NCBI GenBank assembly: GCA_050633305.1
Contig: JBOEGF010000004.1
Coordinates: 416,878-480,877 of the forward strand
Origin: Nannocystales bacterium
GTDB lineage: Bacteria; Myxococcota_A; Polyangia; Nannocystales; Nannocystaceae
Reading direction: 5' to 3'
DNA length: 64,000 bases
The position numbers were made by a program, and so were the translations under genes. Each line of letters opens with the position of its first letter. The first letter of the stretch is position 1. The notes beneath the pieces are model-generated. The model searched no databases and had not been told where the DNA came from. It worked only from the letters and a program-made list of their open reading frames with translations. This document shows, piece by piece, positions 36,594 to 46,049 of this stretch.

Positions 36594-37559
36594 ATGCGGG
36601 TCCACGTACTCCATCACGCTGCGTGCTTCGACGGAGCCGCTAGCGCTGCAGTCTTCGCCGCGTTCTACCGAGCGTGTGTGCGGGCGGATGCACAGTTCGT
36701 GTACATCGCGAAGTCCCACCAACAAGGTGATCCGTTCACCGACGTGGACTTCGACGCCGACGACTCTGCGATCGTCGACTTTCGGTACAGCGCCCACCCG
36801 AAGCTCGGCTGGTTCTTCGACCACCACGTCTCCGCGTTTCAGCTCCCCGGCCAACGCGAGCACTTCGATGCTCACCAAGACGGTCAGCGTTTCCATGATC
36901 CCGGCGCGCCCAGCTGCACCGGCTACATCGCGAACATCGGGAAGACACTGTTCGGCTGGGACCCCACCGAACACGCTGAGCTGTTGCGCTGGGCGGAGCT
37001 GATCGATACCGCATCGTTTCCCGACCCATCGATGCCCGTCGAGCTCGACGAGCCCGCGCTTCAGCTGATGACTTTCGTGGAGCAAAACCGAGACCCGACT
37101 CGGATCAACCGGTTCATCCCCGACTTGCTCGACACACCATTCGCCCAACTCGCGCAGACGGACTATGTGCGAACCGTCGTGGACCCGGCACTGGAGATTC
37201 ACCGCCGCGACATCGAGCTCATGCGCAGTCGCGTGCAGGTGGACGGCGATGTCGCGACCTACGACTTCAGCGACCAGCCGCCGCGCGCGTACAACAAGTT
37301 CATCGCGTACTCGCTTCACCCTCAGATTCACTATCTGGTCGGCGTCAGCCGGGGGCCGGATGGAGGCCTCAAACTCTCGGCGGGCTACAACCCATGGCTC
37401 CCGGCCGAGGCCCGAGCTCACGACATCGCAGCGCTCTGCGAGCGACTCGGTGGTGGCGGCCACCCGTACGTCGGCGGTGCGAGCTTTGCGGCCGATGCTG
37501 GGGACGCAGCCGTGGCCGCGATGAACGAGACCGCCGATGCCCTGCGACAGGATCCATGA
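36594..37559 (+). CDS. DHH/DHHA1 family phosphoesterase
   Basis: HHAACFDGAASA, IVDFRY, FDHH, GGGHP. Confidence 0.88.
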   Translation: MRVHVLHHAACFDGAASAAVFAAFYRACVRADAQFVYIAKSHQQGDPFTDVDFDADDSAIVDFRYSAHPKLGWFFDHHVSAFQLPGQREHFDAHQDGQRFHDPGAPSCTGYIANIGKTLFGWDPTEHAELLRWAELIDTASFPDPSMPVELDEPALQLMTFVEQNRDPTRINRFIPDLLDTPFAQLAQTDYVRTVVDPALEIHRRDIELMRSRVQVDGDVATYDFSDQPPRAYNKFIAYSLHPQIHYLVGVSRGPDGGLKLSAGYNPWLPAEARAHDIAALCERLGGGGHPYVGGASFAADAGDAAVAAMNETADALRQDP

Positions 37560-38056
37560 GCGAGCTCGATCCGCAGACGGCCCGCACCGCCCTGGTCACC
37601 CTGCGGAGCCGCGTGGACGCCCACTTCGACGAGGCTGCGCGACTGGCCGGGGACCAGATGCGGTGTGCACGAGCCTGTGACCGTTGTTGCCACGTCGATC
37701 TGAGCATCTTCGAAGTCGAAGCCGCGCCGGTTCGAGACGCGCTCGCGGGGCTCCCCGAACAGACTCGCAGCCGCGTCCGAGCCCAGGCAGAGCAGACCGA
37801 ACACTGCGCGATGCTTCTCGACGGGCTGTGTGCGGTCTACGAGCAGCGTCCGCTCATCTGTCGCTCGCACGGATCGGCTGTGCTGCTCGAGGACGGCCGC
37901 GTCGAGCACTGCGAGTTGAACTTCACCGAGACACCGCCCACGAAGGCGGGCGTACTGCGGTTGGCTGCCATCAACCAGCCGCTGTCGGTGATGGCCACGC
38001 TCTGGGACGGCGTCGGCACCCGCGTGGCCCTGCGAGCGCTCGCCGCTGGACCCTAG
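37556..38056 (+). CDS. YkgJ family (CxxCxxCC) cysteine-cluster protein
   Basis: CARACDRCC, CAML..GLCAVYEQRPLICR; ATGA overlap. Confidence 0.9.
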   Translation: MSELDPQTARTALVTLRSRVDAHFDEAARLAGDQMRCARACDRCCHVDLSIFEVEAAPVRDALAGLPEQTRSRVRAQAEQTEHCAMLLDGLCAVYEQRPLICRSHGSAVLLEDGRVEHCELNFTETPPTKAGVLRLAAINQPLSVMATLWDGVGTRVALRALAAGP

Positions 38057-38094
38057 ACAGGGGCGAGCGCCCTGCCATCGGAACCGCGGGCGGT

Positions 38095-40944
38095 TCAGCC
38101 CTTGCCCAAACGAGAGGCGAGGTCTGACAGGTCCATGCGGAAGCCAAGGACCTTGTCCTCCCGCTTTTCCTTGCGACCGCCGTCCTTGGATCCCGGACGT
38201 CCGCCCTTGCCTTTTCCACCCTTGGAGCGCCCGTCCCGGCCCCCGTTCCCACCACGGCGTGAACGATCGTTACGGTCGCGGTCACCACGCTCGCGCGCGG
38301 GTCGCTGCGGTGCTGGCACGAGAGCCTTCAGAGAGAGCGCAAAGCGCTTTTTCTCCGCGGTGATCTCGATAACCTTGCCTTTGACACGCTGGCCCACGTG
38401 GACCACATCCCCCGCCGCCGAGACGTAGTCGTGGCTCAACTCGCTGAGGTGGATGAGCCCCTCCTGTGGGATGCCCACATCCACGAACGCACCGAAACCA
38501 GCGAGGTGGGTGATGACCCCCTCCAACTCCATGTCGACCTTGAGGTCTCCGAAACTGCCCAGGTCTGGGTGGAACGCGGCGACCTCGAAGGCCGGCCGCG
38601 GGTCTCGCGAGGGCTGTCGCAACGCGGCCTGAATCTGGCTGAGCCCGCGGGGTCCCAAAGGTTCCCCGGACACGCCGGGCTGACCCAAGAACGGCTCGGG
38701 GTCGAGCGCGTCAACTTTGGCGGCGTCGCCGAGAAGCTCGGGCACCGTCGTGTCCAGCGCGCGTGCCATCTGCGCGACCTGAGCGTACCGCTCGGGGTGA
38801 ATGGGCGTGGCGTCGAGGGGCTGCTCCCCTCCCACCACCCGCAAGAACCCCGCGGCCTGCTCGAACGCTTTTCCCACGAGCCCGGGGACTTCGAGGAGCT
38901 CGTTGCGGCTGCGGAAGCCTCCGTCCTTGCCGTCGCGATGGGCGACGACAGCCTTCGCCAAAGCCTGCGACATTCCCGGGACTCGGCCCAAGGTGTCCAG
39001 GTCGACGGTGTTGAGATCAACGGACACCTTCGCGATCGACGTGCCTACGACTTGCTCGAGCGCCTGCCGCAGTGCCTCGGGGTCCACATCGAACTGGTGT
39101 TGGCCCAACGACAGCTTGCGAAGGTCCGCCTTGCCCAGCGTGGTGAGGGGGTCTTGCACCCGTCGCCCCGCCGCGACGGCCCGACGGGTTGCGGCGTCCG
39201 CCTTGGGGAACTCGGCCTTGAGTGCCTTGCCGCCAGCCAGGCTTCCCACCGCGTCACTGTCGACGGTGTGGACAGCAATCTCGGGTGCGCCTTCCGTCTC
39301 CGCGAGCGCAGCCCGGGCGAGTTTCTCGACATCACGCGCACCAGCCCCACCCACGACAACGACAAGCTCGACCTTGTTCTCCGTGCACAACTCGGCGATT
39401 CGAGCCTTCGCTTGCGGTGCTTGGAGCTTGGGCTGCAGCGGATAGACCGTGTCCTCGGCCACGACGAGGCCCTCGGCGGACAGCGCGATGAGCCGACAGC
39501 CATGCTGAGTGCCGGGATCGATGCACAGCAGGGGGCGCCGCCCAAAGGCCGGTGCCAGCAGCTGTGGACGGAGGGATTCGCACAGGTTCGGGATGATGGC
39601 CCGGTCTGCGCGCTCTTTCATCTGGCGCCGGACGCAGCCCGAGATGGCCTTGCTGAGCCCGCCATGGGTCCAGGCTTCCTCGATCGCGCCTCGGAGCACG
39701 TCCGCGGCCGCACCTTCGTCGGCGACCTTGAGCAGGCTGGCGACCTCTTTGTAGATCATCTCAGCATCGACCTCGATCGACACCGAGAGGAGGCCATCAC
39801 GCTCCGCCCGCTGAACCGCAAGCACGTTGTTGGGCGCCATCGAGCTGCAGACCTCCGCGCGCTCGAAGAACTTGCTGTAACGAGCTGCGCGGTCCTTCTT
39901 CGCCTCCACGACGGCCGTGGTCAGCTTGCCGCGAGTCATCGTCAGGCGACGCAACAAGCGGCGCACACCGGGGTGCTCCACCAGCAAGTCCGCGCAAATC
40001 GATCGGGCACCGGCGAGTGCGCTCTCGTCATCGGGAACCGCGTCGGCCGTCACCGCGGCCGCCAGGGTCTCGCCGTCGAACGACGGAATCTCCGGCGGTT
40101 GTGGCTCCGCGGCGGGCTGCGCCTCGACGGGTGCCGACGTGGACTCGGCCTGCTCCGATGTCTCCGCAGCGTCCGAGCGCTCAACCGTCTCGGCGGGTCC
40201 CCCTTCGGCGGCGACCAGCTGCGGCGCATTGGCGTCCTCGGGCGCGGCGCCGAGTTGCTCCACCGCTGGTGGCGCTTCGGTTCCCGCATCGTCGGTCTGG
40301 GCTGCGTCGACGGCCTCGGGCGAGGCCGGAGCTGGTCCCTCAGCGCCCGTCTGCTCGTGGCTCGGGTCGGACGCTTGAGTCTCCGCGGTGACTTCAACGG
40401 GAGCCGGCTTTTTCCGGCTTCGCTTCCGCTTTCGCTTCTTCCCCAGTACGGAGCGGCTGGGGACCGCGAGGAGCTCGGCTGGGATCGAATCCGCGTCCGA
40501 GAAATCCCCGGCGCTTCCATGAGTCCACAGGGCGAGGGCCAACGGAGTCAGTCCGCCGATTCTGGCTCGCACCACCACCGGCCGCTTCTTCCGCGTCGCA
40601 ACACTGCGCACGTCGTCGAGGTCGAGGGGATGCGACGCCGCGAGCAACTCTCGGTCGATCATCGGTCCGACCGTCCCTCGCGCAGCGAGCTCCGCAGCGA
40701 CCTGCTGACGCCGCAGCTCGAAGCCCACGGCCTGCGCCGCCGCGGTCTGGATTCGCTCGAGATCGTCGATACGCAGCTCCTTCACGCGGTCGCCTCGGTA
40801 TCGTGCGATGAAAGCGGGCTGCGCCCCCTGAGCGAGTAGACCGAGTGCGGTCTCGACCTCAGCCGGAGGCAGGCCGAGTCGCTTGGCGATTGCCGGTGCA
40901 AGGGCGGCCGGCGTGAGCGCTGCCGAGACGGCTTGAGCGTCCAT
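38095..40944 (-). CDS. tex: Tex-family transcription accessory/RNA-binding protein (Tex_N, YqgF-like, HhH, S1) with a low-complexity insertion
   Basis: FIARYR, IDPG..GC, RRVQDPL, LGQHQFDV, FEQAAGFLRV, LDATPIHPERY, S1 FGAFVDVG..EGLIHLSEL. Confidence 0.9.
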   Translation of the reverse strand: MDAQAVSAALTPAALAPAIAKRLGLPPAEVETALGLLAQGAQPAFIARYRGDRVKELRIDDLERIQTAAAQAVGFELRRQQVAAELAARGTVGPMIDRELLAASHPLDLDDVRSVATRKKRPVVVRARIGGLTPLALALWTHGSAGDFSDADSIPAELLAVPSRSVLGKKRKRKRSRKKPAPVEVTAETQASDPSHEQTGAEGPAPASPEAVDAAQTDDAGTEAPPAVEQLGAAPEDANAPQLVAAEGGPAETVERSDAAETSEQAESTSAPVEAQPAAEPQPPEIPSFDGETLAAAVTADAVPDDESALAGARSICADLLVEHPGVRRLLRRLTMTRGKLTTAVVEAKKDRAARYSKFFERAEVCSSMAPNNVLAVQRAERDGLLSVSIEVDAEMIYKEVASLLKVADEGAAADVLRGAIEEAWTHGGLSKAISGCVRRQMKERADRAIIPNLCESLRPQLLAPAFGRRPLLCIDPGTQHGCRLIALSAEGLVVAEDTVYPLQPKLQAPQAKARIAELCTENKVELVVVVGGAGARDVEKLARAALAETEGAPEIAVHTVDSDAVGSLAGGKALKAEFPKADAATRRAVAAGRRVQDPLTTLGKADLRKLSLGQHQFDVDPEALRQALEQVVGTSIAKVSVDLNTVDLDTLGRVPGMSQALAKAVVAHRDGKDGGFRSRNELLEVPGLVGKAFEQAAGFLRVVGGEQPLDATPIHPERYAQVAQMARALDTTVPELLGDAAKVDALDPEPFLGQPGVSGEPLGPRGLSQIQAALRQPSRDPRPAFEVAAFHPDLGSFGDLKVDMELEGVITHLAGFGAFVDVGIPQEGLIHLSELSHDYVSAAGDVVHVGQRVKGKVIEITAEKKRFALSLKALVPAPQRPARERGDRDRNDRSRRGGNGGRDGRSKGGKGKGGRPGSKDGGRKEKREDKVLGFRMDLSDLASRLGKG

Positions 40945-41070
40945 AGACCGCGAAAGCTATGAAGGTGGGACAACCGGGTCAAGCCGCGAATTGGTTTTTC
41001 GCGCAGGCAAGCCCACGAACCCCGCAAAAAGCGACCCGGCCGGTCCACCCGATTTTCTTTTCGCCCACGC

Positions 41071-41099
41071 TTGACCTCGGCTCAGCCCTCGCCTATAAG
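41071..41099 (+). promoter_or_regulatory. Sigma-70-type promoter of the tRNA pair
   Basis: TTGACC-17 bp-TATAAG with upstream A/T tracts, 18 bp before the first tRNA. Confidence 0.8.
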
Positions 41100-41117
41100 C
41101 CCTCTCCCAACACCTGG

Positions 41118-41191
<74 letters not shown>

Positions 41192-41197
41192 CAACAC

Positions 41198-41240
41198 GAA
41201 CCCCCGGACGGTCACAGGCCGCCCGGGGGTTCTTCTTTCT
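41198..41240 (+). terminator. Hairpin with interrupted U-tract after tRNA copy 1
   Basis: GAACCCCCGG...CCGGGGGTTC then TTCTTTCT. Confidence 0.7.
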
Positions 41241-41256
41241 CAGTTTGTCGCCCTGG

Positions 41257-41330
<74 letters not shown>

Positions 41331-41336
41331 CAACAC

Positions 41337-41378
41337 GAACCCCCGACGGTCACAGACCGCTCGGGGGTTCCTTTTTTC
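41337..41378 (+). terminator. Intrinsic terminator after tRNA copy 2
   Basis: GAACCCCCGA...TCGGGGGTTC then CTTTTTT. Confidence 0.8.
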
Positions 41379-41454
41379 CAACGCGCTCCAAGAAAGCTCC
41401 TCGAGGGTGCCAGTTCACCTGGCGCCGCCCACATTTCCGGTGCACACCTCACCG

Positions 41455-42822
41455 ATGTCCAGGTCGAGATTCGGCTACGGCGCGCTGGGACGCCTGGCGT
41501 GGCCTGTCGTCCTGTCCCGCTCCGCCCAGGCGGTCATCGGGTTCAGCGACGCCCTCATGACCGCTTCCCTCGGGGAGGACGCGCTCGCGGCCACGACCGC
41601 GGGGTCCATGAACGTCATGAGCCTGGCGATCTTGCCGATCGGCACTGCCTTCATCGTCCAGAGCTTCGCCAGCCAACTCGCGGGCAAGGGCGACGTTGTC
41701 GGAGCGCGACGCTACGGCTGGTACGGCCTGGTGCTCGCCGCACTCGCCGGCCTCGTGTTCGCAGGCGTCGTCCCGCTGGTCCCTGGCGCCCTCTCCCATC
41801 TGAACTACGCCCCGGCGGTGCGGGCGGCGATGTCGGACTACCTCTGCGTCCGGCTGCTCTCCGTGGCGGCGATCGTGGGCATCGAGGCGATCGGCAACTG
41901 GTACGCGGGCCTGGGCAACACCCGGTACGGGATGGTGGCCGCTCTACTCACGATGGTCTGCAACGTCGGCTTGAACTGGTTGCTGATCGAGGGCAACGCG
42001 GGCGCACCCGCGCTCGGGGTCACGGGGGCCGCGTGGGCATCCGTGCTCGCCAGCGTCGTCGGCTTCGCGGTCCTTCTCATCCTCTTCGTCGCGCGCACAG
42101 GGATCCCTCAACCCGAGAGCCCCGCGCCTTCGACCGCTGCGGATTCCACGCTTGGCGAGTTCTGGAAGATGCTGCGCTTCGGCATCCCCAACGGTCTGAA
42201 CTGGTTCCTCGAGTTTGCCGCCTTCATGTTCTTCGTGAACGTGGTGGTCGCCGACCTCGGGACGGTGGCGACCGCCGCCCTGCTCGCCACCGTCCAGGTC
42301 AACTCCCTGTCGTTCATGCCCGCGTTCGGGTTGAGTTCGGCCGGGGCCATCCTCGTCGGGCAAGCGATCGGAGCCGAGAAACAGGACGAAGTGCCCTCGA
42401 TCCTCCGACGGACGCTCAGCACGACCTGCGCTTGGCAGCTCTCCGTCGGGGTCCTCTACCTCCTGTTTCCCGGACCGATCATGAGCCTGTTTTCACCCGA
42501 CGGTGCCGGTGACACGGCCGAAATCGTCATCGTCGGCGCGTCTGCGCTGGCACTGAGCGCCGCCTGGCAGCTCTTCGACGCGATCAACATGAGTGTCTCC
42601 GAGGCACTCCGGGCGGCGGGCGATACCGCGTTCAGTCTCTACGCACGCCTCACGGTCGCGTGGCTGCTGTTCGTGCCGGGCAGTTACTTCGCGATCACGG
42701 TCTACGGCGGGGGACCCAGCGCGGCGATCCTGGCCGTCGTCGCCTATTTTGCCGTGCTCTCAGCCGTGATGGGGTGGCGCTTCCGCACGGGACGGTGGCG
42801 CGACATCCAGCTCACGGGATGA
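41455..42822 (+). CDS. MATE family efflux transporter
   Basis: LAWPVVL, LGEDALAA, PALGVTGAAWAS, RFGIPNG, QLFDA, LRAAGDT; about 12 TM. Confidence 0.92.
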   Translation: MSRSRFGYGALGRLAWPVVLSRSAQAVIGFSDALMTASLGEDALAATTAGSMNVMSLAILPIGTAFIVQSFASQLAGKGDVVGARRYGWYGLVLAALAGLVFAGVVPLVPGALSHLNYAPAVRAAMSDYLCVRLLSVAAIVGIEAIGNWYAGLGNTRYGMVAALLTMVCNVGLNWLLIEGNAGAPALGVTGAAWASVLASVVGFAVLLILFVARTGIPQPESPAPSTAADSTLGEFWKMLRFGIPNGLNWFLEFAAFMFFVNVVVADLGTVATAALLATVQVNSLSFMPAFGLSSAGAILVGQAIGAEKQDEVPSILRRTLSTTCAWQLSVGVLYLLFPGPIMSLFSPDGAGDTAEIVIVGASALALSAAWQLFDAINMSVSEALRAAGDTAFSLYARLTVAWLLFVPGSYFAITVYGGGPSAAILAVVAYFAVLSAVMGWRFRTGRWRDIQLTG

Positions 42823-42838
42823 GCACGCCGCCGGCAAT

Positions 42839-42854
42839 CCTGCAATAATGCAGG
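42839..42854. promoter_or_regulatory. Palindrome CCTGCA-ATAA-TGCAGG over the LysR start codon; candidate autoregulatory operator
   Basis: Perfect 6-bp inverted repeat spanning ATG 42848. Confidence 0.5.
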
Positions 42855-43759
42855 CTGCTGTGTTCAACTGGGACGACGTTCGGTTCTTCCTCACCGTGCA
42901 CCGCGAGGGCAACCTCGCCCGCGCGGGCGCGTCGCTCAAGCTCGACCCCACCACGGTCGGCCGGAGGATCTCGTCCCTCGAGACTCGGCTCGGCGCGCGC
43001 CTGTTCGACCGCACGTCCCACGGCTACCGGCTTACCGCGGCGGGCACCCGACTGCTGCCTCGAGCCGAGCGCATCGAAGAGGAAGCGCTCGCGGTGGAAC
43101 GAGACGTCGCGGGGACCGATCAGCGCCTCCAAGGTCGCGTGCGTCTGTCCGCCACCGAGATGCTCACGACGCGCTTCATCGCGCCCCGACTGTCCTCCTT
43201 CTACGAGCTGTTCCCCGACATCTGCGTTGAGCTGGTCTGCACGAATCGCGACATCAACCTGGCCCGACGTGAAGCCGACATCGCACTTCGACTCGCCCGT
43301 CCCGACCACGAGGATCTCGTCGTCAAGAAGCTGTTCACGATCGAACTAGGCTTCTACGCCCGTCCCGAGTACGTCGAACAGTTCGGCATGCCCCCTCAAA
43401 GCGGGGCCTGGGCGGGGCACCGGGTCATCATGTTTGCCGAGGGGCGCCCGTTTCGTCGGGAGAACGCTTGGATGGAAGACCACTTGCGCGACTGCGCCTG
43501 TGTCATGCGATCCGACAGCGTGTCCTCGATCTACTCCGCGGCGGTCGGTGGTCTGGGCGTCGCGCTGCTTCCGTGCGAGGTCGCCGAACACGACAACAAA
43601 CTCGTGCGGGTTCCGTTTGACGGGGCCCCCGCCCCCCGCTCCGCATGGCAGGCCGTTCACCGCGACCTGCGGCACTCGGCCCGCATCCGGGCGGTCCTGG
43701 ACTTCCTCGGGGGACTGGTCACCCCGCGGGCTCGACCGATTCTTGGCCCTCCTCGCTAG
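42848..43759 (+). CDS. LysR family transcriptional regulator
   Basis: NWDDVRFF HTH, LETRLGARLFDR, LTAAG, EADIALR. Confidence 0.95.
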   Translation: MQAAVFNWDDVRFFLTVHREGNLARAGASLKLDPTTVGRRISSLETRLGARLFDRTSHGYRLTAAGTRLLPRAERIEEEALAVERDVAGTDQRLQGRVRLSATEMLTTRFIAPRLSSFYELFPDICVELVCTNRDINLARREADIALRLARPDHEDLVVKKLFTIELGFYARPEYVEQFGMPPQSGAWAGHRVIMFAEGRPFRRENAWMEDHLRDCACVMRSDSVSSIYSAAVGGLGVALLPCEVAEHDNKLVRVPFDGAPAPRSAWQAVHRDLRHSARIRAVLDFLGGLVTPRARPILGPPR

Positions 43760-46049
43760 TGCCTGGCGCCGGCGCCGGGCTTGGAGGGGGCGCACTCGGA
43801 GGCTCGGGCGGCTCGGCCACCGCGGGAAGCTGTGGGTTCGGTTCAGACTCGGGCTGTGCAGGGGGCGTGGGCGGCTCGGGCTGCTCGACCCGCATCGGAT
43901 TGGAAGGCTTCTTGATCACCGTCTCCCGACGGACCTCGGTGCGAACCTTGCGAGGCTTTCCACGCTCCGCGAACGGAAAGCCGATCGCGAGGCCCGTGAC
44001 GACCGTGAGCCCTTGCGTGCTCACGTCCGGGAGGTTCGCGTAGCGTTGGCGCGTGACCCAAGCCTGGCGAACCTCCGCCGACAGCGTGACCCAGTTGGTG
44101 ATCCGCACCTCGAGTCCAGTGTGGACCTCGAAGCCGATGTTCCCCGACCCCCGCCGCTTGAGCAACCGGCCCGCATCCTGGCGCGTGTAGCGGACTCGTA
44201 GCCCGTCCGTCCCCACGCCCACGCCCGCGAAGGGACGCAGCGGGAACTTCTCGAGCAGGAAGAGGTTCGCGCCCAGCCACAGCGGCGTGGACACGTAGCT
44301 CAAACTCGTGGCCTGCTTGAACGGAATGGGGTCCTCGGTGAGCGAGGTGAAGTCGATGCGGCCTGCCTCGTACCCTGTCCGTAGGTAGCCGGACCAACGA
44401 GGATACTTGTCCGATCCTCCCACCGAGAACAACTGCCACCGAAGCTCGAACCCCCGCAAGTGGGTACACACGTCGCCGGAGAATGGCGAGAGACACCCCG
44501 CCGCTTGGTCGGCGATCACCCGGCGTGGGTTGCCACGAACCCGCCCCTGGGGGTTGAACGGTGTGATCACGGTGCCGAAGAAGAGGCTGCCCCAGTAGAC
44601 CTTCCCCTTGCGGGTGTCTTCCTCCTCGGTGACCAGGATCTCCGTCTCCAACGCTTCGTCAGCCGAAGGCGCCTCCACTTCCGTCTCGCTAACCTTGGTC
44701 TCCTTGCCGTCCTCGTCGACCTCCCAAACCTCCACGCGCCACTTCGGGTCGGCCACGCCGAGCAGGCCGCGCGTGTCGGTGTACCCGGAGTAGTAGCCCG
44801 GACCATACGGGGTCGAGAACAGGCCGGCCCGGAACGCTTGGTCGAGTGCGCCCCGAGATGCGCGCTGGGTTCGCTTGAAGGAGAGTTCCAGGACCTCGGT
44901 GCGCCCCAAAATGTCTGCGGGGATCGTTGCCTCCTGAGCATCGCCTGCCCCGTCGGCGCTCCGGCGTGAGACGAACATGTCCCCTTCGGGCAGACGCAGG
45001 TAGCCCGGCCTATCGCCGGCTCGCCGAAGGTCAGCCAGCCGGACCCCTCGAGCGTCCTCGACCGTATACAAGCGTTGGTCGTCGCCCTCAGGGAAATAGA
45101 GCACCCGCTGGGAAGAGACGTCGTCGTGCCGCAGAACCGGCTGCCGCTGGTCTTCTGCGGGAGGCCGAACGGTGACCGAGAGCCTCGCCCGTGGGTCCTT
45201 GACGCCGCTGTTGGCTGCCGCGACGAACGCCCCGAGTTCGGAGTACTCCACCGCGCCGTCGCCGTTGAGGTCGGCACCGCCGCGCAATCCGGACAACAGC
45301 TGATGGGTAAAAATGCCACCTCGGTACCGCTCCCATTCGTGCGTCTGCTGGTCCGCCGAGTGGGCGACGATCACTCCGGTGTCGGGGTGTCCGCCCAGGT
45401 GGTTCTTCCCGAGGTAACGACCGACATCCTCCCGTGCATCCTTCCCCGAGCGATCGTCTTTCCAAGCCTTCTTGCCGCGGGCCAGCACGAACTGCTCACT
45501 GCGACACGCATCGATCAGCACGTGGTTGTGATCCGCGGGCGATCCCTCGAGAATCTCGGAGAACAGGCGATTGCGGGTCAACTTCCCGCCTGAGAGCGTC
45601 AGATAGCCCTGTCCATCGGGCCCCACGTCACCGTGTCCGGAGTAGTAGATCACCAACTCGACCTCCCCCTCCACGGCCTCCATCCGCTTGCGCAGTTGAG
45701 TCCAGGCGACCTCGAGCCCCTTGGGCGAAGGGTCGAATGCGGTGCGCACCAAGTCGGGGTGCAACGCTTGGCTCTCGACATCCAGCGTGGTCACCAACGC
45801 GACGTCGTAGCCGACCTCTGTCAGCAACTCCGCCATCGCGGCGGCGTCGTCATCCGCGAACCGCAACGGGTCTGTCGAGCTGTCCAGCGTCGCGTTGCTT
45901 CCGATGACCAGCGCGAACTGATGCGTCGGCATTCGCATGGACAGCGGCAAGACGCTGGACCCTCGACCGGCTCGAGCCTCCGTGACGAAACCTCCGGTGA
46001 TGCCTAGAGCGAGGAGCGCGGGGGCCAGCATTGCAGTGAAGCGATTCAT
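43719..46049 (-). CDS. Exported caspase-family (peptidase C14) protein with EF-hand-like loop and C-terminal outer-membrane beta-barrel
   Basis: Signal peptide ending ARA; ALVIGSN, LRFADDDA, YYSGHG (His), IDACRS (Cys), GGIFTHQL, DLNGDGAVEYSEL; amphipathic strands LRPFAGVGVG, LSAEVR, LAIGFPF. Confidence 0.88.
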   Translation of the reverse strand: MNRFTAMLAPALLALGITGGFVTEARAGRGSSVLPLSMRMPTHQFALVIGSNATLDSSTDPLRFADDDAAAMAELLTEVGYDVALVTTLDVESQALHPDLVRTAFDPSPKGLEVAWTQLRKRMEAVEGEVELVIYYSGHGDVGPDGQGYLTLSGGKLTRNRLFSEILEGSPADHNHVLIDACRSEQFVLARGKKAWKDDRSGKDAREDVGRYLGKNHLGGHPDTGVIVAHSADQQTHEWERYRGGIFTHQLLSGLRGGADLNGDGAVEYSELGAFVAAANSGVKDPRARLSVTVRPPAEDQRQPVLRHDDVSSQRVLYFPEGDDQRLYTVEDARGVRLADLRRAGDRPGYLRLPEGDMFVSRRSADGAGDAQEATIPADILGRTEVLELSFKRTQRASRGALDQAFRAGLFSTPYGPGYYSGYTDTRGLLGVADPKWRVEVWEVDEDGKETKVSETEVEAPSADEALETEILVTEEEDTRKGKVYWGSLFFGTVITPFNPQGRVRGNPRRVIADQAAGCLSPFSGDVCTHLRGFELRWQLFSVGGSDKYPRWSGYLRTGYEAGRIDFTSLTEDPIPFKQATSLSYVSTPLWLGANLFLLEKFPLRPFAGVGVGTDGLRVRYTRQDAGRLLKRRGSGNIGFEVHTGLEVRITNWVTLSAEVRQAWVTRQRYANLPDVSTQGLTVVTGLAIGFPFAERGKPRKVRTEVRRETVIKKPSNPMRVEQPEPPTPPAQPESEPNPQLPAVAEPPEPPSAPPPSPAPAPGTSEEGQESVEPAG

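Noticed and set aside
43719..46049. Caspase as part of an anti-phage system (gasdermin, CBASS, type III CRISPR)
   Set aside because: It has a signal peptide and barrel, and no gasdermin, cyclase, NLR-like or cas genes are nearby
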